A stretch of 60,412 nt of DNA, filler included, from Fonticula-like sp. SCN 57-25 (lineage: Eukaryota), in assembly GCA_001724245.1 (NCBI GenBank). It is 8 parts of 8 records of this genome, joined end to end, with 100 filler letters (N's around TTAATTAATTAA, not from the genome) between each part and the next. Parts side by side here need not be neighbours in the genome. Positions count along the whole stretch, not along the records: positions 44,975 to 52,959 come from MEDX01000372.1; positions 53,060 to 60,412 come from MEDX01000373.1; 6 more parts are not named here. The stretch is one strand, 5' to 3'. Of this stretch, positions 52,037 through 60,412 are shown piece by piece. Within the stretch, counting starts at the first letter, position 1, and the number at the start of each line of letters is the position of its first letter. Both the position numbers and the translations under genes were made by a program. The notes beneath the pieces were generated by a model that was not told the origin of the DNA, ran no database searches, and saw only the letters and a list, made by a program, of their open reading frames with translations.

Positions 52037-52959
52037 ATGGCCGACGACGCGGAAGACTCCTCCATAGGGGGTAGTAGTATGAGTAAAAGTAGTAGTAGTA
52101 GTGTCATTGAGGACAGTTTAGGGGCGTTGTCCGTGTCGGACGCGGCGAGCCATCAAGGCATTGCTGCAGGTGAAGTTAGTGATGACGTTAGCGGGCGAGG
52201 GGCGACTCGGGACGCCGAGGGCGATGCCGACGCGCCTCAGTCGGCCGATGAGAGCAATGAGGGCGAGTCTGTAATACGAGTCGGTGATGAAGATGGCGTC
52301 GATGAGATGCCGCAAGACGACGCTGCCGCAGCTGCCGGTGCGCATCCNNNNNNNNNNNNNNNNNNNNNNNNNNNNNNNNNNNNNCCCCCCCCCCCTTAAC
52401 AAAGGTTGTTGATCGACCGCTGACCTCCTCGTTTCCTTTATTTGTTCCTTCTTCTCCCCCCCGCCACGTAGACCCTTCCGTCTCTGCACCGCCGACAATG
52501 TTTACCGCGACGATGCGGAGTCAGATCAGCACGGCCTCGCCGCCCCCGCTCACCTTTAATTCCGTCACAGTGACAACCAGCGCCCCCCAACCTCTCGTGA
52601 TCGCCTCGAGCCACAAGCATTTTATCTCTGCTAGGGACTCTTTGACGCTCGGCGAGTCGCCCATTGGCTACGCGGTGCCTCTCGTGCCGTCGCCGCTGAG
52701 CACGCTGGCGGCCTCGAGTGATCCCGATGCCGTTGTTGCAGATGCCGATGTTGCCGCCGATGTCGCCGATGTCGTTGATGACCAGGCTGGCGCTTCCAAC
52801 GAGGGTTCTACCGCCGCCGCTGACGAGGAGGAAGAGTGTAATGACGAGTGCTGCGACGATGATGAAGATGGCGACGATGACGATGACGATGACGAAGGCG
52901 AAGAATGGGACAATTCCGGGATCCCCGAAGGCGACGAGGAAGGCGGCGCCGACGCCCCC
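52037..52959 (+). CDS. Acidic low-complexity N-terminus of an unidentified protein; predicted intron 52338-52471 spans a 36-N gap; 3'-truncated
   Basis: Phase-1 donor GCC G|GTGCGC and acceptor CGTAG|AC join both ORFs in frame; Asp/Glu-rich. Confidence 0.55.
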
Positions 52960-53059
52960 NNNNNNNNNNNNNNNNNNNNNNNNNNNNNNNNNNNNNNNNN
53001 NNNTTAATTAATTAANNNNNNNNNNNNNNNNNNNNNNNNNNNNNNNNNNNNNNNNNNNN

Positions 53060-55550
53060 CGCCGATCTGCGCCTCTGCGAGGCCATCAACCTTGGCGTGG
53101 ACGAAGCGATGCTCACGGGCGAGTCTCTCCCGGTCCGCAAGAACACGGTCGTGCTCACGGATCCCGACGTCCCGCTCGGCGATCGCAAGTGCCTCGCCTT
53201 TAAGAACACGGTCGTCACGCTTGGACGCGGTCGCGGAATTGTCACTGCTACGGGAATGGAAACTGAGATTGGAAAGATTGCCAAGTCGATCGCCTCGTCG
53301 GACGGATCGGCGACGACATCGCTTGACCGTCAGATGCGCTGGCTCATGTTTGGCCTCTTTGTACGCGGTTTTTTATTTTTTATAAACATGTCTAACAATT
53401 TTGTTTAGGGCTGCGCCGTTGTCCTTGCCCTGATTGTGTTTGGCGTGAGCGACTTTATCATCACGAACGAGGTCCTCCTTTACGCGCTCGCCCTCTCTGT
53501 CGCGATCATCCCCGAGGCTCTCCCCGCCGTCGTCACGATCACCTTTGCCGTTGCGATGCGCACGATGGCCAAGGAGCGCGCCGTTGTCCGCCGCATGAAC
53601 GCTCTCGAGGCGCTCGGCACTGTCACCGACATTTGCTCTGACAAGACTGGCACGCTGACGGTCGGCCAGATGACGACCGTTCACCTGTGGACGCCCGCTG
53701 GCGAGTCGCCCCTGGACGCCGACAGCAAGCTCTCGTACGACACGACCGACCACGCCGGCATGCGCAACATGCTGCTTTGCTGCGCCATCAACAACACTGC
53801 TTCGATGATGATGCGCGAGGGCGAGCTTGTCCCTGTCGGCGACCCGACCGAGACTGCGCTGCTCGTTGCGGGCGCTCGCTGCGGCCTGGACAAGGCTGCG
53901 CTGCAGGCCGAAAAGTACATTTACGAGTCCGAGTTCCCCTTTGAGGCTTCGCTGAAGCGCATGACGGTCGTTTCGCGCGTCAAGGGCGAAAAGGACGGCG
54001 TGGCCAAGCGCCTCGTGCTCGCCAAGGGCGCCGCCGAGGTGCTGCTCGAGCGGTGCACGCACATTGTCGACGCGAGCGGCGCCACTGTCAAGCTCGCCGA
54101 CGACGCGCGCGACTCTGTGCTTGCCCAGACCCAGATCTACGCAGACGATGCGCTGCGCGTCATTGCCTGCGCCTTCCGGATTGACGACGACGTGGAAGCT
54201 TCGCTCGACATTGAGAACCGCGACGCCTTTGAGCGCAACTGGACTTTCTGCGGCCTCGCCTGCCTTCAGGACCCGCCGCGCGCCGAGAGCGGCCCCGCCG
54301 TTGCTCGCTGCCACCGCGCCGGCATTGTTGTGCACATGGTTACCGGCGACCACCCCCGCACGGCCGCGGCCATTGCGCGCCGCGTCGGCATTCTCCGCGA
54401 CGGCTTTGGCGAGAACGGCGGCGTTGTCATGGAGGCGCGCGACTTTGACGCCTTGTCGGACGAGGCCGTTGACGCGATGCCCGAGCTGCCGCACGTGATT
54501 GCGCGCTGCGCGCCCGAGAGCAAGGTCAAGCTGATCAAGGCGCTGCACCGCCGCAAGCGCGTTGTCGCGATGACTGGCGACGGCGTGAACGACGCGCCGG
54601 CCGTCAAGCACGCTGACGTCGGTATTGCGATGGGCCAGGGCGGCACGGACGTGACCAAGCAGGCTGCCGACGTTGTCCTGACCGACGACAACTTTGCCAC
54701 GATTGTGCGCGCCGTCGCCGAGGGCCGCCGCATCATCTCCAACATTGCCAAGTTTACGCTTCACCTGCTCAGCGCCAACGTGTCGCAGGTGCTCGTGCTC
54801 GTCGTCGGCCTCGGCCTCGTCGGCACCAAGGGCGATGTCGTGTACCCGATGTCTGCGCTTCAGATTCTCTGGATGAACCTTGTCACTTCGTCGGTCCCCG
54901 CCGTCTTCCTCGGCATGGAAAAGTCGGTTAAAGGCATCATGGACCGCCCCGCAAAGTCGTCTCGCCGCGTCATCTTTAGCACTGAGCAGATTATCGACAC
55001 GTTTGCGTACGGCATCATCATTGGCGCGCTCGTGCTCGTCATCTTTTGCCTCGTCATTGTCATCTCGCCCGACGGCCTCTTTAGCGCCACCGGCTGCAAC
55101 CACAGCTACGCGTCGCCCGAGTGCCTTGTGGTGTACCGCGCGCGCGCCGCCGGCTTTACGTCGCAGTGCATGATGCTGCTCGTGCACGCGTACAACTGCA
55201 GGCACCTGACAAAGTCGCTGTTTTCGATGAAGTTGACCGAGAACAAGGGGCTCGCGTGGGTCGTTGTGGCCATGACGCTGCTGCTCATTCCGCTCATCTA
55301 CGTGCCGTACGTCAACTATGAGCTGTTCAAGCAGGCGCCGATCAGCTGGGAATGGGGGCTTGTGGTTGGTGGAACCGTGATCTTTGTGTGTGCGTCAGAG
55401 GCGTACAAGGCGGGCAAGCGCGGCATGCACGCAAGGCTCCATATCAGTGATATCGATAGCATCCAGGGCGACGACAAGTCGAGCCTCGCAAAGGGTAGCG
55501 CCAAGGACATTGATATTGAGCTGAACGAGACGACCACCATGACCGTCTAG
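53060..55550 (+). CDS. ENA1: P-type IID (ENA) Na+/K+-efflux ATPase; 5'-truncated; intron 53361-53408
   Basis: DEAMLTGES, VAIIPEAL, ICSDKTGTLT, GDPTE, DPPR, VHMVTGDH, VIARCAPESKVKLIKALHRR, TGDGVND, QILWMNLVTSS. Confidence 0.88.
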
Positions 55551-55905
55551 AGGCCACTATTGTTTCTTTTTTGCGCTGTATTGCCATCCCTTTTTAGCGC
55601 GTTTTGTCTTTTTGTCATCTATTTCATTACTTTCATTACCCCTTTTTACCTCGATTGAAACCACCCAGTGAAACTGTACCTTCAAAATCCATATTATCAA
55701 TAGAGAATATCCCCCTTTTACTTAGTTGGCAAAACACATTGGAAAGTTGCAGATTGAATAGAATAGCATGTTTTGACGGCCATACTATGGGCATATTGGC
55801 ATCTGAATCCTAATACTTTCCTATGTTCATGTACTCTTTTTTTGAGCCAATGTCAATATACAATGCTATCCTATTCCATATCGCCTCTTACAAATATATA
55901 ATATC

Positions 55906-57789
55906 TCAAAACAGATCATTATCAAGCTCAAACTTTTCCGTGAGCAGCAGCGTATTCAACTCCTTCTGGCTCTTGTTGATATCTAACACGCCCTCCTCCT
56001 CCTCCTCGTCCCTCTCATCCCACCTCTCATCCTTGTCCCACTCATCCTCTTCTTCCTCCTCTTCCCCTTCTTCATTGCATTCCCTGACGGGCGTCGACGC
56101 GACCCGCCGCAGGTTTGGCACGCTCGCCGACCCGACAAGTGTCCCGCTCATCGTGCGCGCCACGGGCGACATTGTCTTGATCGGCGGCGGCGGCGGCTTT
56201 GACGCGAGCGAGGCCGACGAGGCAGAGGCGGCAAGCGAGGCGGGCGACGGGCGAAGCGGGCGCGGCGCCATTCCTGATCCGGATCCAGATAGCGATGATC
56301 CGGATCCAAACATGGGTCCTGTTGATGACACTGGTACTGACGAAGTTGGTCCAGGTGATGTTCCAGATACACTTCCAGGTACACTTCCAGAGGGTGTTCC
56401 CGATCCAGATCCAGATACGGATCCAGATTCATGTGCATCGTGCTCGAGCATTGCGTCGACTTCTTCGGCGAGCTCGTCGAAAGAGAGCGGCGCAGCGACG
56501 CGACGCTGCGGGACGAGCATTGGCGTCGACGCGCTTCGCGCCGCGAGAGCCGCGGGCGACATTCTGCTGATTGGCGGCGGAAGCGCACTTGATGAAGCCG
56601 ACGCGGCGGCAGCGGCGGCAGCAGCAGCAGCGGCAGCGGGTGAAATGCCGAGCGGCTTTGGCGGCGGCGGCCTCGCCTGCCTTGGCTCGACTTCTGGCAA
56701 CAGCCGGTCGGCGTTGAGCATGAGCAGCTTAAAAACGGGCGCGGGCATGTCGAGCGAGGGGGAAAAGACGAGGCCGAGGTTGGAAATGGTCATCTTGTTG
56801 GTGGCGGAGCGCGCGGCGACGGCGACGAGGTGGCGCGTCATGGCGCGGAGGAGGGTGAAGTGGAGGTGGGGGAGGCGGCGGAGGAGAGCGTGGGCGAGAT
56901 CGAGGCGGGTTTCGTCATCGGGCATAGCTGGAAAAAGGGAAAAGTGAGCGAAAATGGACCAAAATGACATGAAAATTGACAATTTTATGCACAAAACAAC
57001 CAAAAATGAACCCAAAATGCACCCGACACTTTTTCCCTTTTCATTCCCACTGCTGTTTCCAAGCTACGTACATGCGACAGCGACGAATTCCGGCGCGAGT
57101 TCTCTCGTCAGCAGCGGCTCTGGCAGCTCGCGAAAGTAGAGTTTGAGCAGCCCCGCTACCGAGTGCACGTCGGCGGCGGCTTCCTCAAAGTCAACCGGTT
57201 GCCGTGCATTAAACTGCGCCTTGAGCTGGTTCACCTTGCTCGTGCTGCCGGGGATGCGGTAAAGTCCCTCCTCTTCAAGGCCTAGTTGCAAATGCAAAAG
57301 TTAGTTTGCAGCGACAATTACCTTATAAACAGTGTGGCGTACCGTGCTCGTTGAGATGGCCGATGCACTGCTCGGCGATCGCCGGGAGATCGCTCTCGGG
57401 GCGCAGGCGAGATGTGTGCACGGCGTCGGTAATAGTGGAGCCAAAAACGGGCGGCGCATCGCTCATAGTCGGAGATTGATCTGTTCAAGCGCACACGCTT
57501 CGTCAGCACAAAGTACAAGAGATCTCGGCGATCGCGAGCGTACCCTTGGGCATGCGCATGTTGGTGGCCTTCTCGCGGATCGACGCCGATGCGTTTGCAG
57601 ACGCGCGCCACGCCTTGGCCGTGAAGCGGGCGAAACCGGAAGCAAACTTGGCGCCGCGGGACTCGGGCTCATCATAGTCAGTCCCTTCTTCAACGGCCTG
57701 CAGGCGGGATCCCGGGGAGAAAGAGAGGCGCTGCGTGAGCACGATTCAAGATGAAACACGAAAAGTACCTCATAGGGATCGTCCTCCAT
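55906..57789 (-). CDS. RhoGAP-domain protein (RalBP1/Bem3-like GAP) with disordered tail, multi-exon
   Basis: VFGSTI..LPAIAEQCIGHL..GLEEEGLYRIPGS, DVHSVAGLLKLYFRELPEPLLT, NKMTISNLGLVFSPSL. Confidence 0.88.
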
Positions 57790-58130
57790 TGTGGGTTAAG
57801 GTGAGTGCACGGCCGCGTGCTCGGCTGCCTTGCGGTCTGCGTCTGCCACTCGGCTGCTCTTTATCGCCGCGTTCTTGGCAAAAAGTGTCGGGATCGCCCG
57901 CCGCGCCAGCGCCGTTTGTTGACAATGCCGAAACCCGCGCGACGGCCGAGCAGATTAGATAACTCGACGCTGATTGGCTGTTGACAAATCTACAAATTTG
58001 CCGTTTTTCGTTTGTTTTTCTGCACTCCTCTGCAGCTCTTCGGTCGAGGGATCCCTGCGACGCCGCCGAGTGCATCGAGCCGCCTTTTCTCCCCCGCGCA
58101 GCGCATCGTCTATCCACGAAGCCCCCCGCC

Positions 58131-58636
58131 ATGTCTTCCTCTGATCACTATGTTGTGAAGGTGTCTGGCCACGACATCCACAGCGACGAGAAGGGCGAAA
58201 AGTTTGTCGTCTACCGCACCGAGGCCACGCGCGGCGACGAAAAGTACACTGTAAAGTCGCGCTTTTCGCACTTTACGCAGCTCGACACCGAGGTGCGCAA
58301 GGCGTACAAGGGCAACCACCTCCAGAGCAACATCCCGATGCTCCCCCCGAAGCAGGCCAAGTTCATGGTGCGCATGGCCATATGCACGTTGACCCATTGC
58401 TGACGATGTGCCACGCGCGCAGGTGAACCACATGGACCCCGAGTTCATCGAGGAGCGGCGGGAGGATCTCGAGCGCTACCTCAACATCATGTCGCGGATA
58501 CCCAACATGAGCAAGGTCGCCGCCTTCACCGACTTTTTGAAGGGACAGTACCCCGGCCAGGTACGCCATCGCTGCACATGAGACAGGATCACTGACGTGC
58601 CTGTAGAATGTGGAGGCGACTTCCCTTTCCGACTAG
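58131..58636 (+). CDS. PX-domain-only protein (small sorting nexin), 3 exons
   Basis: FVVY..VKSRFSHF.QL..IPMLPPK..FIEERREDLERYL..FL. Confidence 0.85.
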
Positions 58637-59033
58637 GTTATTTTCTGCTGTTCTTTTTCTGTTCTTTTCTACACTTCAAGTCTGGCGAGCTCACGCGAAA
58701 AAATGCCGCCGGACGCTCCTTGTAATCCGCACCATGTACTATTCAAAGGAATACTTGGAGAATAAAAAAACTACGCACTCTAAAGATTGTCTCTAGTGTC
58801 CACTATTGTACAAGTATTACACAGCTACAAAAAAACACTATTTTGGTTTGATGGGCTTTATGTTGTCATTTTCGTGACCAATTTCAGTTCAACTTTAACT
58901 GATATATTTTAACCGATATCATTTGATACTTGGCAAAAGTGAACCAAATTTCATTCCTAATAGCAAACACATAAAGACAAGTTCCAAAACACGTTCAAAC
59001 ACATAACATGTTTCAATGATATCTCAGCAATGC

Positions 59034-60389
59034 TTACATGATGAGCCTCGACACCTTGTCTGCAAACCTGATGGTCCTGACAAAGTGACCCTTTGCCTCC
59101 TTCTCGTCCTCGCTCCCGCCCCGAATGAGCTCGTTCCACGTCTTGTTGGCCACCGCCACCTCCCAGTGCGCGCCGTCCTTGTCCTTGACCTGGATCACCG
59201 ACAGCCTCATCTGATCCCCCTCAAACTCGCCGTCGAAAATCACCTTTCTCTTGACGCGCGTCGAGTCGCACCGCAGCGGCACTTCACCGCCGCGGATTTC
59301 GCCGAGCGGCACAGCGCCCGCCGCGCGCACCTGCGCGTACGAAATCTTTCCCGCCGCCTTTTCGAACGCGCCGTCGCCGCCGATCGCGTCGGTGCGCATC
59401 AGCTTCATGCGCGACGAGTAGATCTGGCGCGGCTCGATGACCGCGAGGAAAAAGGTGCGCTTGTTGGCCGCCTTGACGACGCTCAGCGTTGTGTTGGCGT
59501 CGGTCAAGGTCGCGTCCTTTTCGCTTGGGCCGACAAAGCGGAGCGTGATGCCGCGGCCGTCGTACGACGCGAGGTGCGCGCTCACGCGGTTCCGGTGCTC
59601 AACAAGCTCAAAGCCGAGGCCACCGCGGGATGTCGGCAGGATCGCGCGCGAGGAAATGCGAGCGGCGTCGGCTTCGGCCACAAAGTTGCTGTACTCTGTC
59701 TTGAACGGGTGGGCGACGACGAGGCGCTCGAGATCGCCGGCGCGCTTGATGCTCGGCAGCGGCTTGTCATGCTTGTTCATAAAGAGCTGCCGGCCGAGAT
59801 TCACGCGGATCTTGGCCGTCATCGAAGACGGCTGCGACGAAAGCAAAGAGAAAATGCGGTCAAAGACGGCGGGGAGCGACGCAGAGAGGTAAAAGGTGCG
59901 CGCGGCGTCGAGCGATGCGGTGCCCAGCATCGACGCGATGGCATCGGCACCGTCCGCAGCGGGGAGATCATAGGTAGACCATGGCGAAGCGGGCGGGAGA
60001 GCGGCGCGCGTGTGCACCACGTGCTGCGAAAACGTCTTGTGGCCGTCGACCTTGTCGCAGAACCACTCAAAGTAGGCGCCGGTGCCGTCGCCAAACGCGG
60101 GCGAAAAGACACACAGCGCCGTCACGGGGTGCTCAAAATCGAGCGCGGAATCCGCCGCCTTTGCCGTGGCGATGCGGTCATTCACGGCGGTGCGCGCCGA
60201 TTCTAGTGAAGAAGAGTCGCGGGAAGTGATGACGCAGGTGCAGGGGGAGCCGGCGGGGGATCCGCGCGGGGGCTGCTCAAGCTTGACGACGGCGCCGGTG
60301 CGGGCGGCGATCCACGAAAGGGACACGTTGTTCTTGCCGACGACGGCGCCGACAACCTTGGCGGGAACGGAAATAGTCACAGTCGGCAT
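59034..60389 (-). CDS. Intronless protein with N-terminal KH domain and uncharacterized C-terminal domain
   Basis: ISVPAKVVGAVVGKNNVSLSWIAARTGAVVKL..CVITS..SLESARTAV fits KH type I; 451-aa ORF with host-like codon usage. Confidence 0.75.
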   Translation of the reverse strand: MPTVTISVPAKVVGAVVGKNNVSLSWIAARTGAVVKLEQPPRGSPAGSPCTCVITSRDSSSLESARTAVNDRIATAKAADSALDFEHPVTALCVFSPAFGDGTGAYFEWFCDKVDGHKTFSQHVVHTRAALPPASPWSTYDLPAADGADAIASMLGTASLDAARTFYLSASLPAVFDRIFSLLSSQPSSMTAKIRVNLGRQLFMNKHDKPLPSIKRAGDLERLVVAHPFKTEYSNFVAEADAARISSRAILPTSRGGLGFELVEHRNRVSAHLASYDGRGITLRFVGPSEKDATLTDANTTLSVVKAANKRTFFLAVIEPRQIYSSRMKLMRTDAIGGDGAFEKAAGKISYAQVRAAGAVPLGEIRGGEVPLRCDSTRVKRKVIFDGEFEGDQMRLSVIQVKDKDGAHWEVAVANKTWNELIRGGSEDEKEAKGHFVRTIRFADKVSRLIM

Positions 60390-60412
60390 GATGGGGAGAA
60401 TGACACAGGGAG

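Noticed and set aside
56270-56430. GATCCAGAT repeat as a mobile or regulatory element
   Set aside because: Encodes the Ser-Gly linker in the RhoGAP tail.

Overview
Compact, GC-rich unicellular eukaryote genome, probably a non-animal opisthokont or obazoan (inference from gene content). The window is not contiguous. It is eight ~7.35-7.42 kb contigs in descending length order (the seventh extended by 576 bp across a 36-N gap), joined by artificial 100-bp N44-TTAATTAATTAA-N44 linkers, so adjacency across linkers has no biological meaning. About 29 protein genes can be reconstructed by splicing short introns (mostly 44-80 nt; GTRCG donor, CTRAC branch point, YAG acceptor). They are TBC/GRAM RabGAP, TRIC channel, kinesin-3, OTC, 2OG-Fe(II) oxygenase, pyruvate kinase, major vault protein, mtIF2, BRWD/PHIP, PPR, PPIL3, rhodanese, virilizer, NSE3, Mi-2-type CHD, DPH5, PGK, ABCB1, coronin-7, large-subunit catalase, a P-loop protein, prolidase, ENA ATPase, RhoGAP, PX protein, a KH protein and three orphans or fragments. 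No rRNA, tRNA, CRISPR array or transposase was seen. Best leads: a Giardia-type (arginine deiminase pathway) OTC; a CHD remodeler with an MTA-like GATA finger; a KH plus possible CYTH-fold orphan; a Walker-A-mutated P-loop gene behind a duplicated start region; the mix of vault/TRIC genes with fungal-type catalase and ENA; recurrent promoter motifs; and CpG-free AT-rich tracts. All family calls rest on motif recognition from memory, not on database searches.
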